NCBI GenBank assembly: GCA_003154195.1
Contig: PMCS01000030.1
Span: 59,446 to 123,445, forward strand
DNA: 64,000 nucleotides
Reading direction: 5' to 3'
From: Candidatus Omnitrophota bacterium
GTDB lineage: Bacteria; Omnitrophota; Gorgyraeia; Duberdicusellales; 4484-171
The translations under genes and the position numbers were made by a program. How positions within the stretch are numbered: position 1 is the stretch's first letter; every line of letters starts with the position of its first letter. Under the pieces are notes generated by a model, which did no database searches, was not told the origin of the DNA, and saw only the letters and a program-made list of their open reading frames with translations. Below, piece after piece: positions 9,562 through 17,967 of the stretch.

Positions 9562-10980
9562 ATGTTTAATCCAAAAAGAATTCATTTTTTATATCTTTTG
9601 GTCGATTTGGTCTTAATTTTTTTAGCCCTCTTTACGCCCTATTTTTTAAGATACAATCAAACGCCGATTAAAGACCTTAATTTTAAAACCTTAGGGTTTC
9701 CCAATGTAAAAGAATATATTTTTGTTTTTATTCTTTGGGCTTTTTTGATTGTGAGCAACTTAAAGAGAAGGGGGCAATACGCCAGCGATCGGTCTCTGAC
9801 TATTCCCCGTGAAACATACATAATCGCCACTTCTTTGCTGTACGTTTCGACCGTAGTGGGAGCGTTAATATTTTTTGCTAATTTTATTTTTTTTTCCCGG
9901 TTAATTTTTATTACCTCTTTCGGTATTATCGTAATTTTGCTTACCGGATGGCGTATCGTAAAAAGATTGATCCTGCGTTCCCTCGTCGCCAAGGGATATC
10001 ATAATTTTAATATTTTAATCGTCGGCGCCAACAACACGACTGCTTTGATTATCGAAGAGATAAACGCCAGGCCGTTTTTAGGCTTTCGGGTAAAGGGAAT
10101 CATCGACGGACACAGCAGCAAACGTGACTTTGGCATACCCCTGTTGGGCGCCATCGATGATTTCGAACGAATTTGCCGGAATCACTTCATCGATGAAGTG
10201 ATGGTTACGGAATCTTCCAACGCTAAGTTGGTTTCCGAAATCGCCGCCCGGGCTAAGAATATGCATATCGGCTTAAGAGTTATTCCTTTTAATTTCGAAG
10301 AAGCGCCCTGCGCCATAACTATCAATTATTTGGGAATGCTGCCGTTGTTGACTTATAAAGAACGGACGATCTCTCCGGCGGAGCTTTTTATCAAGCGATT
10401 CATCGATATAACGGCATCATTCTTTTTGCTTATTATTTGTCTGCCGGTATTTTTATTGATCGCGGTTATTATAAAAATCGATAACCCCGGCCCGATTTTC
10501 TACATTCAAAAGCGTAAGGGGTACAAGGGCAATATTTTTGCTTTTTATAAATTCCGTTCGATGGTCAAGGAAGCCGATAGCCTGAAGGATGCGCTTAAAG
10601 ACAAAAATGAAGTCAGGGACGGCATAATCTTTAAAATCAGAAATGACCCCCGGATAACCCGAATCGGTAAATTTTTAAGAAAGTACAGCCTCGATGAACT
10701 GCCTCAATTGATCAATGTTCTAAAAGGAGATATGAGCCTGGTCGGCCCAAGGCCTTTTCCCGTTGATGAGAGTGAAAAATTTGACTATACTCATATGCCC
10801 CGGCTTAATATCCGGCCGGGGTTGACCGGCCTGGCGCAAATCAGGGGCCGTTCCAATTTATCGTTTTACCGTTGGGTAAAGTGGGATTTGTGGTATGTGA
10901 ATAATTGGTCGCTATGGCTGGATTTTATTATTCTGGTGCGCACCTTACCGGTAGTTTTTAAAGGCAAAGGCGCGTATTGA
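9562..10980 (+). CDS. Undecaprenyl-phosphate sugar phosphotransferase (bacterial sugar transferase, WbaP/CpsE-like)
   Basis: N-terminal TM helices, a central region, then the C-terminal catalytic domain: PGPIFYIQKRKG...FYKFRSM...DELPQLINVLKGDMSLVGPRP. Confidence 0.8.
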   Translation: MFNPKRIHFLYLLVDLVLIFLALFTPYFLRYNQTPIKDLNFKTLGFPNVKEYIFVFILWAFLIVSNLKRRGQYASDRSLTIPRETYIIATSLLYVSTVVGALIFFANFIFFSRLIFITSFGIIVILLTGWRIVKRLILRSLVAKGYHNFNILIVGANNTTALIIEEINARPFLGFRVKGIIDGHSSKRDFGIPLLGAIDDFERICRNHFIDEVMVTESSNAKLVSEIAARAKNMHIGLRVIPFNFEEAPCAITINYLGMLPLLTYKERTISPAELFIKRFIDITASFFLLIICLPVFLLIAVIIKIDNPGPIFYIQKRKGYKGNIFAFYKFRSMVKEADSLKDALKDKNEVRDGIIFKIRNDPRITRIGKFLRKYSLDELPQLINVLKGDMSLVGPRPFPVDESEKFDYTHMPRLNIRPGLTGLAQIRGRSNLSFYRWVKWDLWYVNNWSLWLDFIILVRTLPVVFKGKGAY

Positions 10981-11079
10981 TTTATTTTTTGCTGCGCAAA
11001 AAATAAATATAAGCCGAAAAAATGTCCCCTACCGGACAAACGAGAGGTATTTTTCGGGTTGACAGAGTTAATCATCATT

Positions 11080-12294
11080 ATGGACAAAAAAATAATATTT
11101 TGGCTTGACCGGATAATATTAGTTTTAATCGGCGCGGGAATATTTTTCGCCCCTTTTAAGGTCCATTGGGTAAAAATATTATTAATATCCGGAATGGTCT
11201 GCCTGGTCGTTAAAAAAGCCATAGGATTCAAGTTGGGAGTAAAGCCTTTATTTAAAAGCAATTTTCTTAATAAACCAATGTTGGTGTTTTTATTAAGCGT
11301 ATTCGCCGCGATTGTTTTTTCCGGCGATTTTCACTACAGCCAAAAAATATTTTTCAGCAAAACGTTTTTTTACGCGGGAATATTTTTTTTGATAAAAGAA
11401 ACGATTGATTCCCGGGAAAAAATAAGGATAATCTTCTCGGCGATCATTTTAAGCGCTTTTGCTGTTGGCATCGATTCGGTTATCCAGTTCTTTACCGGCG
11501 TTGATTTATTTAGCTATCTAAAAAGCAATCCCGGAACGGGCGGCTTGATAGCTTTGACCGGCCCTTTCGGCTACCATAATTCTTTTTCGGGGTATTTAGA
11601 AATAGTCTTGCCGTTGATCATTTTTCTTTGTTTTGTGCCTACCGATAAAATATTTCGCGTAATTTCCTTTTTTGTCGCCTTAATGCTTCTATTATGCTGG
11701 ATATATGTTTTTCAACGGACTACGTGGTTGAGCGTTACCCTGAGTATTTTTATGATTTCTTTTTTATTCAAGCGGAAAATAGCTTTATTATTTTTTGGAG
11801 CAGTTCTGATTACGACGGCTTTATTTTTTCCCGCGCCGGCCTGGCAGCGTATCTTTAAAGGAGAAGATTCTAATCGTTTCACGATGTGGAAGTCCGGTAT
11901 CCAATTAGTCGTAAAGAAGCCTGTTTTCGGCAATGGGCTGGGAGCTTATTCTCGTTATAACACGCAAACGAGAGATTTACACGCGCACAATACATATCTT
12001 GAGGTTTTTATCGATACCGGTATCGTGGGTTTATCGGGATTCCTTTATTTACTGGGGTTATTTTTGGTAAAAACATTTTCCGCGTTACGCGCTGTTAAAG
12101 AACGTGAGAAGAAAATAATACTCGCGGGGTTGTCCGCGTCCTGCCTGTCGACTTTTATTTCCGCGTTATTTTGCACGAATATGCTTGTCGGTATCGGCCA
12201 ATCCGCTTTATTCTGGATTATGTTTTCTTTGGCTTCGGTCGCGCCGTCGATAAAATTTGACGAAGTCGCGCCAAACGTGAATCCCAAGGTTTAA
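11080..12294 (+). CDS. O-antigen ligase / Wzy-like polymerase family membrane protein
   Basis: Polytopic membrane protein with the Wzy_C-type motif GNGLGAYSRYNTQTRDLHAHNTYLEVFIDTGIVGL. Confidence 0.7.
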   Translation: MDKKIIFWLDRIILVLIGAGIFFAPFKVHWVKILLISGMVCLVVKKAIGFKLGVKPLFKSNFLNKPMLVFLLSVFAAIVFSGDFHYSQKIFFSKTFFYAGIFFLIKETIDSREKIRIIFSAIILSAFAVGIDSVIQFFTGVDLFSYLKSNPGTGGLIALTGPFGYHNSFSGYLEIVLPLIIFLCFVPTDKIFRVISFFVALMLLLCWIYVFQRTTWLSVTLSIFMISFLFKRKIALLFFGAVLITTALFFPAPAWQRIFKGEDSNRFTMWKSGIQLVVKKPVFGNGLGAYSRYNTQTRDLHAHNTYLEVFIDTGIVGLSGFLYLLGLFLVKTFSALRAVKEREKKIILAGLSASCLSTFISALFCTNMLVGIGQSALFWIMFSLASVAPSIKFDEVAPNVNPKV

Positions 12295-12295
12295 C

Positions 12296-12345
12296 AAAAT
12301 CCGCCAGAATTTCCCGCTGCTTGCAGCGGGGATGAATGGCGTCTT
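12296..12345. repeat. Family-B hairpin unit (solo)
   Basis: gaatttCCCGCTGCttgCAGCGGGgatgaa keeps the same flanks and CTTG loop as 1054-1073, with a different but complementary stem. Confidence 0.5.
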
Positions 12346-12711
12346 TTGCCGCGGGAAATTGGAAGATCCAATTTCCCGTTTCGGAAACGAAAGGGAAAGT
12401 CTGCTCGCCAAAAGTTTCCATCTTTTGGCGAAGTCTCGCTTTGTAAGCGGAAAAACCGCAGCATAGGTTTTTCCGCCCAAGGCGGATCCGCCTGAATATT
12501 TATTATTTGTGGCGGGCAAAACAGATAAAAGAAATTCCGGTGGCGCAAAGCGCCACGCAGCCGGCGAAATACCCTGTCCTGTTACCCTAAAAATAATATA
12601 TTATGGTGCAGGACGCCCCGAACCTTAATGAGCGCATTATTTTTTCTGCGCGTATACGCTTGAAAAAATAATAGCGCGAATTACCCCTTTAGGGGTAATA
12701 AAATATCTAGG

Positions 12712-12880
12712 GAAACGGGGTTGTGGGCTTGCCCCAGGGATAGCCCACGGCTTCGCCGTGAGGCGAGTCGGCTGCAAGGAATTTATTTTATTTTGGTACT
12801 CCGCCGAGTGCAAGCTCGGAGAGCGCAGCGCAAGGCGGTAGTCGAATTAACCCCGCACCGAACTTTGTTCCGGCACGGGG
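12712..12880 (-). repeat. GC-rich structured repeat (family C, copy 2, inverted)
   Basis: The reverse complement of agcccacggcttcgccgtgaggcgag is ctcgcctcacggcgaagccgtgggct, which matches the 6745-6770 core. It also holds the hairpin ccccgcaccgaactttgttccggcacgggg. Confidence 0.45.
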
Positions 12881-12907
12881 TTAACTGGAAAAATGAGTTT
12901 ACGCATT

Positions 12908-12949
12908 TTGAATTGACGTTGTTTTGGCGTATGGTATAGTAAACTACAT
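12908..12949 (+). promoter_or_regulatory. Conserved promoter-like module (family F, copy 2) immediately upstream of the MNT-HEPN gene
   Basis: TTGAATTGACGttgttttggcgtatggTATAGTaaactacat, then the ATG at 12950. Nearly identical to 9206-9247. The short leader implies a near-leaderless mRNA. Confidence 0.5.
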
Positions 12950-13795
12950 ATGATTATTTCCCAAGAAAAAATTGGACTTTTAAGGAATTATTTTTCTAAA
13001 ATTGACAATGTGTCAATGGCGTTTGTTTTCGGTTCTTATGCCCAGGGCAGGGCAATCTCTGAATCGGATTTAGATATAGCCGTTTATTTTAAGCCGCGAG
13101 ATAAAGACATAGAGTGGGAAGGTAATTTATTTTATGATGTTGAAGATAAAGTCTGGTTGGATATCGAAGGAATCGTAAAAAAAGATGTCGATTTGGTTGT
13201 TTTGAACCGTGCGCCGTCTACCCTTGCTTTTCAGATTTTTAACACCGGTATGCCGATTATAATAAAGGACGAATTAGTATGTTTAAGATTTTTTTCGCGG
13301 GTAAGCGATGAGGCGATAGATTTTACGGAATTAGCCGGTGACTGGTGGAAGATAAAGCAGCGGTCGGCTTCCCTGAGCGAAATAGATAAAAAAAGGCTTA
13401 TCCAGTTAGCCGATTTTCTCGAGAATGAAATAGCCGATAAAAGTCATTTTTCAGGTCTTAGCTGGCAGGTTTATCAAAACGATTCCGACAAAAGGCGCAA
13501 TGTCGAGCGTTGGGTAGAAAATATTGTCAATTGTTCGATAGATATCGCTAAAATAGTTCTCGCCTCGGAAAAAAAGTCTTTTCCCGAGACTTATAAAGAG
13601 ATGCTGAAAGGATTGTCTTTATTGCCGGGATTCGAAGAGCAAGTTGCTTTAACTTTGGCCGGATTTGCCAAGCTGCGCAATATTTTAGCTCACGAATATC
13701 TTGACATTCGTTTCAGCCAAATAGAAAAATTTTTAAAAGAATTTGAACAACCCTACCTTAAACTTTTTCATTTTATTAAAAAAATACTGGCGTGA
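12950..13795 (+). CDS. Fused minimal nucleotidyltransferase (MNT) and HEPN-domain protein, toxin-antitoxin-like
   Basis: The N-terminal GSYAQGRAISESDLDIAV is the Pol-beta nucleotidyltransferase GS...DxD motif. The C-terminal RNILAHEY fits the HEPN Rx4-6H motif. Confidence 0.65.
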   Translation: MIISQEKIGLLRNYFSKIDNVSMAFVFGSYAQGRAISESDLDIAVYFKPRDKDIEWEGNLFYDVEDKVWLDIEGIVKKDVDLVVLNRAPSTLAFQIFNTGMPIIIKDELVCLRFFSRVSDEAIDFTELAGDWWKIKQRSASLSEIDKKRLIQLADFLENEIADKSHFSGLSWQVYQNDSDKRRNVERWVENIVNCSIDIAKIVLASEKKSFPETYKEMLKGLSLLPGFEEQVALTLAGFAKLRNILAHEYLDIRFSQIEKFLKEFEQPYLKLFHFIKKILA

Positions 13796-13874
13796 TAAAT
13801 TTAACCGCATACTTTCGGGCAATTCTGAAATATAAAAACAATGAAAAATAAAAGGGCTGCATTTTTCTCACAAC

Positions 13875-13920
13875 CGGTAAAATTACTCAATGGAATTTTA
13901 CCGGTTAATGGTTATTTTTT
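13875..13920 (+). terminator. Rho-independent terminator
   Basis: Perfect 11-bp stem ccggtaaaatt/aattttaccgg with a 9-nt loop, followed by gttatttttt. Confidence 0.7.
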
Positions 13921-13935
13921 GCGCCACAGAAAATA

Positions 13936-14745
13936 ATGGACGTCAGTATAATCGTAACGACAAAGAATGAAGAGAAGAATATCGGAATCTGCCTCGGTTC
14001 AATAAAGGGGCAGGATTATCCCGCGGAAAGAGTAGAAATTATTGTCGTTGATAATAATTCCCGCGATAAAACCAAAGAAATTGCCGCTCTTTATACGCAA
14101 AAAATTTATAACGCCGGCCCGGAACGCAGCAGCCAGCGTAATTTCGGAATGAAGCAGGCAAGCGGCAAATATATTTTGTATCTTGACGCCGACATGAAGC
14201 TTTCTCCGGGCGTTATCGGCGAATGCGTAGGAAAGTGCGAAAAAGAAAATTATACCGCCCTTTATATTCCCGAGATAATTATTGGCAATAATGGCTGGGT
14301 TAAGGTAAGGAATTTTGAACGCAGTTTCTATAACGCTACCTGTATCGATGCGGTGCGTTTTGTGCGAAAAGATAAGGTTCTTGAGACGGGCGGGTTTGAC
14401 GAGTCGCTTACCGGCCCGGAAGACTGGGATTTTGACCGCCGGATAAAGAAATCAGGCAAAATCGGGATTATCAACAGTCCGCTTTGCCACGATGAGAACG
14501 ATTTTAGCCTGAAAAAATATTTGGATAAGAAGAAATATTATTCTTTAAATTTCCAGCGTTATATTGATAAATGGGGTAATGGCGATATAATTATAAAGAA
14601 ACAATTAGGTTTTTGGTATAGGTATTTTGGCGTATTTATCGAAAATGGTAAATTTTTCAGGCTTGTAGCGCATCCGGTTTTGACATTAAAAATGTATTAT
14701 CTCCGGTTTCTGGTTGGCGTTTATTTTTTGCTACGCAAAAAATAA
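13936..14745 (+). CDS. GT2-family glycosyltransferase
   Basis: DVSIIVTTKNEEKNI...VVDNNSRD...YILYLDADM carries the DxD of GT-A fold GT2 enzymes. Confidence 0.75.
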   Translation: MDVSIIVTTKNEEKNIGICLGSIKGQDYPAERVEIIVVDNNSRDKTKEIAALYTQKIYNAGPERSSQRNFGMKQASGKYILYLDADMKLSPGVIGECVGKCEKENYTALYIPEIIIGNNGWVKVRNFERSFYNATCIDAVRFVRKDKVLETGGFDESLTGPEDWDFDRRIKKSGKIGIINSPLCHDENDFSLKKYLDKKKYYSLNFQRYIDKWGNGDIIIKKQLGFWYRYFGVFIENGKFFRLVAHPVLTLKMYYLRFLVGVYFLLRKK

Positions 14746-14909
14746 ACGGTGACCGCTGCGCGGATAGAAAAATAGCAAGTTTCACCGCAAATGTTTTTTG
14801 GAGAAGGAATTAGTTTTCAAAGTATATCAATTTCCGATACGCCTACGGCGTATCGGCGGATAAATCTGCCTGCCGGAGCGCAGACAGATTTATGGAGGCA
14901 GGCAGATTT

Positions 14910-15794
14910 ATGAAAGGAATAATTTTAGCCGGCGGAAAAGCCACGCGATTGTATCCGGTAACCAAGGGCGTTTGCAAACAAATGCTCCCCGTTTATGACA
15001 AGCCCCTTATTTATTACCCCTTATCGGTTTTGATGCTTGCCGGGATCAAAGATATTTTGATTATATCATCGCCTAAAGATATCGGGCGATTCCAGGATCT
15101 TTTGGGAGACGGCGGCGGCATCGGCGTAAAATTTTCTTACGCGGTTCAACCGGAGCCGCGCGGAATCGCCGAAAGCTTTATCGTCGGCCGGGATTTTATC
15201 GGTAAAGATAACGTTTCGTTGATTTTAGGCGATAATGTATTTTACGGCCATAATATTACCGAGATTTTAAAACAAGCGGTAAGCGTGCGCGAGGGCGCGG
15301 TTGTTTTCGGTTATTACGTCAAAGACCCCCAGCGGTATGGCGTTATCGATTTTGATGCCGGCCAAAAAGTTCTTTCAATCGAAGAGAAACCGGATGTCCC
15401 TAAAACGTCCTGGGCAGTGACCGGTCTATATTTCTACGATAATAAAGTCATCGATGTCGTAAAGAATTTAAAGCCTTCGCAGCGGGGAGAACTGGAGATA
15501 ACCGATGTCAACAAAGCTTATCTTGCCGCGGGTAAGCTTAAGGTAATATTGCTGGGTAGAGGGTACGCCTGGCTGGATACCGGAACTCATGATTCTTTGA
15601 TTGATGCTTCTGTTTTTATCAAGACAATCGAAGAGCGACAGGGGCTTAAAATAGGTTGTATCGAAGAGGTTGCTTTTCGCATGGGTTATATTGACGCCGT
15701 GCGGTTGGAGAGTTTAGCGGATAACGGTAATACGGGTTACGGCGATTATTTAAAAAGGATTTTGGATGAAAAAAAAGATTCTCATCTTTGGTAA
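14910..15794 (+). CDS. rfbA: Glucose-1-phosphate thymidylyltransferase
   Basis: MKGIILAGGKATRLYPVTKGVCKQMLPVYDKPLIYYPLSVLMLAGI is the canonical RmlA N-terminus, and the conservation continues along the whole length. Confidence 0.9.
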   Translation: MKGIILAGGKATRLYPVTKGVCKQMLPVYDKPLIYYPLSVLMLAGIKDILIISSPKDIGRFQDLLGDGGGIGVKFSYAVQPEPRGIAESFIVGRDFIGKDNVSLILGDNVFYGHNITEILKQAVSVREGAVVFGYYVKDPQRYGVIDFDAGQKVLSIEEKPDVPKTSWAVTGLYFYDNKVIDVVKNLKPSQRGELEITDVNKAYLAAGKLKVILLGRGYAWLDTGTHDSLIDASVFIKTIEERQGLKIGCIEEVAFRMGYIDAVRLESLADNGNTGYGDYLKRILDEKKDSHLW

Positions 15795-16590
15795 TGGTTT
15801 TATCGGTAACCGGCTGCGGGATGAACTTGGCTATGAACTTTCCGGCCGGATGGTCTATAAGCTCGACGATATCCAGGAGGAAATAGATAGGGTTAAGCCG
15901 GGGGTAATAATAAATTGTATCGGCTATACCGGTAAAAATAACGTCGATGATTGCGAGTCCGATAGGGACGGCACGCTTAGCGCCAATACTTTTGTTCCCT
16001 TGATGCTCGCTGAAGCGGCGTTACGCAATAACATCAAGCTGGTCCACATCAGCAGCGGCTGTATTTATCGTTATGATTACAAAAAACAGGCGCCGATAAC
16101 CGAAAAAGATATCCCTGATTTTTTCGGCCTTTTTTATTCCCGTACCAAAATATACGCGGAACGGGCATTGGATGTTTTGTCCGGCCGCTACGGCGGTTTA
16201 ATCGTCCGGATCAGGATACCGCTGGACAACCGGCCTTTGCCTAAAAATATCCTTACTAAATTGATTAATTATAAAACCGTTATCGATATTCCCAACTCTG
16301 TAACCTATATTCCGGATTTCATCGCGGCATTGCGGCATTTGATAAAGATCAACGCCAGGGGAATTTTTAATGTCGTTAACCGCACGCCCTTGCGTTATCC
16401 GCAGCTTTTAGATGTCTATAAAAAATATAATCCCGGATTTGAGTATACGATGATCAAACCGGGTAAGCTTCAATTGGTTCGGACTAATCTTATCCTGTCG
16501 ACAAAAAAGCTCGAACAATCCGGTTTTAAAATGCCGCGGATTGAAGATGTTTTGGAAGAATGCGTGCGTAATTATGTCGGCGTAAAATAA
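15766..16590 (+). CDS. rfbD: dTDP-4-dehydrorhamnose reductase
   Basis: MKKKILIFGNGFIGNRL is the Rossmann GxGxxG motif, with the RmlD-like layout. It overlaps the 3' end of rfbA. Confidence 0.75.
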   Translation: MKKKILIFGNGFIGNRLRDELGYELSGRMVYKLDDIQEEIDRVKPGVIINCIGYTGKNNVDDCESDRDGTLSANTFVPLMLAEAALRNNIKLVHISSGCIYRYDYKKQAPITEKDIPDFFGLFYSRTKIYAERALDVLSGRYGGLIVRIRIPLDNRPLPKNILTKLINYKTVIDIPNSVTYIPDFIAALRHLIKINARGIFNVVNRTPLRYPQLLDVYKKYNPGFEYTMIKPGKLQLVRTNLILSTKKLEQSGFKMPRIEDVLEECVRNYVGVK

Positions 16591-16594
16591 ATAT

Positions 16595-16660
16595 TGTAGG
16601 GGCGGGGTTTTCCCGCCCGTATCAAATAATCGGGCGCGGTAACCGCGCCCCTACAATTAA
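16595..16660. other. Compound cruciform: outer stem ttgtaggggcg/cgcccctacaa enclosing two GC hairpins (candidate terminator/attenuator between rfbD and rfbB)
   Basis: gggcggggttttcccgccc and gggcgcggtaaccgcgccc nested inside an 11-bp outer stem. Confidence 0.45.
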
Positions 16661-16669
16661 CGAGATGGT

Positions 16670-17722
16670 ATGAAATTCAAGAAATTATTAATCACCGGCG
16701 GGGCCGGCTTTATCGGCAGCGAAGTCGCGCGCCAGGCGGTAAAAAAAGGTTATGATGTTGTCGTTGTTGATAAGCTAACTTACGCCGGCGATTTAGCGCG
16801 GCTTAAAGATATCCGCGGCAAATATAAATTTTATAAAGCTGATATCTGCGACAAAAAGGCTATCGACTCGATTTTTAAACAGGAAAAACCCGGCACGGTT
16901 ATGCATTTGGCGGCGGAGAGCCATGTTGACCGCAGTATCGCCGACGCTTCTCCTTTTATCCGGACAAATTTTGAAGGCACGCAGGTTATCCTGGACGCGG
17001 CAAGAAAGCGCGGAACGAAACGCCTTATTCATATGTCCACTGATGAAATTTATGGCGAGATAGAAAAGGGAAAGTTTTCGGAAAAATCGCCGCCGGCGCC
17101 TAATTCGCCTTATTCGGCCAGTAAAGCCGCGGCGGATATGCTGGCCCAGGCTTATTATCGGACCTACGATTTGCCGGTGATAATCGCCCGGCCCTGTAAC
17201 AATTACGGGCCGTGGCAGTATCCGGAAAAACTTGTCCCCGTTGTTATAAAAAAAGCTATTCGTAATGAAAAAGTGCCGATTTACGCCCGGGGTTTAAACA
17301 TGCGCGAGTGGCTATACGTTTCCGACTGTGCCAGGGCATTGTTCTCGATCTTAGAAAAAGGGAAAGTCGGCGAAATCTATAATGTGGGCAGCGGCCAGGA
17401 AAGAAAGAATATCGATACTGCCGGGCTCATCCTTGATGTTTTAGGCAAAAGCCATGGGTTGATAGAATTCGTTAAAGACCGGCCCGGCCACGATTTACGT
17501 TATTCCCTGGATTCGAAAAAGATTAAACAACATACCGGTTGGTCGGCGAAAGTAAAATTTGAAACCGGCATCAAAGAAACCGTGGCGTGGTATACCGGAA
17601 ACAGTCGGTGGTTATTTGACGCAGATAGCGGGGAAAAGTTTAAAAGAAGGGGTATACTAAAACTAATGGGATCTAATTGTTGGCAGGGGAATTCGGCCCA
17701 AATGAGACGAGGTAGATTTTGA
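16670..17722 (+). CDS. rfbB: dTDP-glucose 4,6-dehydratase
   Basis: LLITGGAGFIGSEV, the SDR catalytic YSASKAA motif and an RmlB-like C-terminus. Confidence 0.9.
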   Translation: MKFKKLLITGGAGFIGSEVARQAVKKGYDVVVVDKLTYAGDLARLKDIRGKYKFYKADICDKKAIDSIFKQEKPGTVMHLAAESHVDRSIADASPFIRTNFEGTQVILDAARKRGTKRLIHMSTDEIYGEIEKGKFSEKSPPAPNSPYSASKAAADMLAQAYYRTYDLPVIIARPCNNYGPWQYPEKLVPVVIKKAIRNEKVPIYARGLNMREWLYVSDCARALFSILEKGKVGEIYNVGSGQERKNIDTAGLILDVLGKSHGLIEFVKDRPGHDLRYSLDSKKIKQHTGWSAKVKFETGIKETVAWYTGNSRWLFDADSGEKFKRRGILKLMGSNCWQGNSAQMRRGRF

Positions 17723-17770
17723 TTTTAGTGGATACTTCGATATGGATAGATTTTAAATAATTTTATTCTT

Positions 17771-17945
17771 CTTCGCCGAATACCCGTGGCTTGCCACGGG
17801 GATGAAGGCGTAAGAAGAACTGCTGCGAAGCCACGAGCGAAGCGAGGGCGAAGCAGAGTTATGCGCGTATTCGGCTTCGAAGAAATGAAGCTGGATACCC
17901 TGCGGCTTGCCGCAGGGAGAACTTTGGTGCTTCATTTTTTGCGCA
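17771..17945. repeat. Family-B repeat (copy 2): two CTTG-loop hairpins around a variable core
   Basis: cttcgccgaataCCCGTGGcttgCCACGGGgatgaagg ... gaagctggataCCCTGCGGcttgCCGCAGGGagaactttggtgcttcattt. The right ~60 bp are ~90% identical to 1161-1215. Confidence 0.6.
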
Positions 17946-17967
17946 GCAAAAAAATAAAGGAAAATAT

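Noticed and set aside
12721-12939. 72-aa ORF within the GC-rich repeat upstream of the MNT-HEPN gene
   Set aside because: It lies entirely within the structured repeat family C and promoter module, is Arg/Ala-rich, and has no RBS.
1041-17945. Possible CRISPR array, suggested by recurring GC hairpins with constant loops (family B) and other short repeats
   Set aside because: The hairpin copies are irregularly spaced, from 100 bp to many kb apart, and there is no repeat-spacer periodicity. They differ in stem sequence. No cas genes are present.
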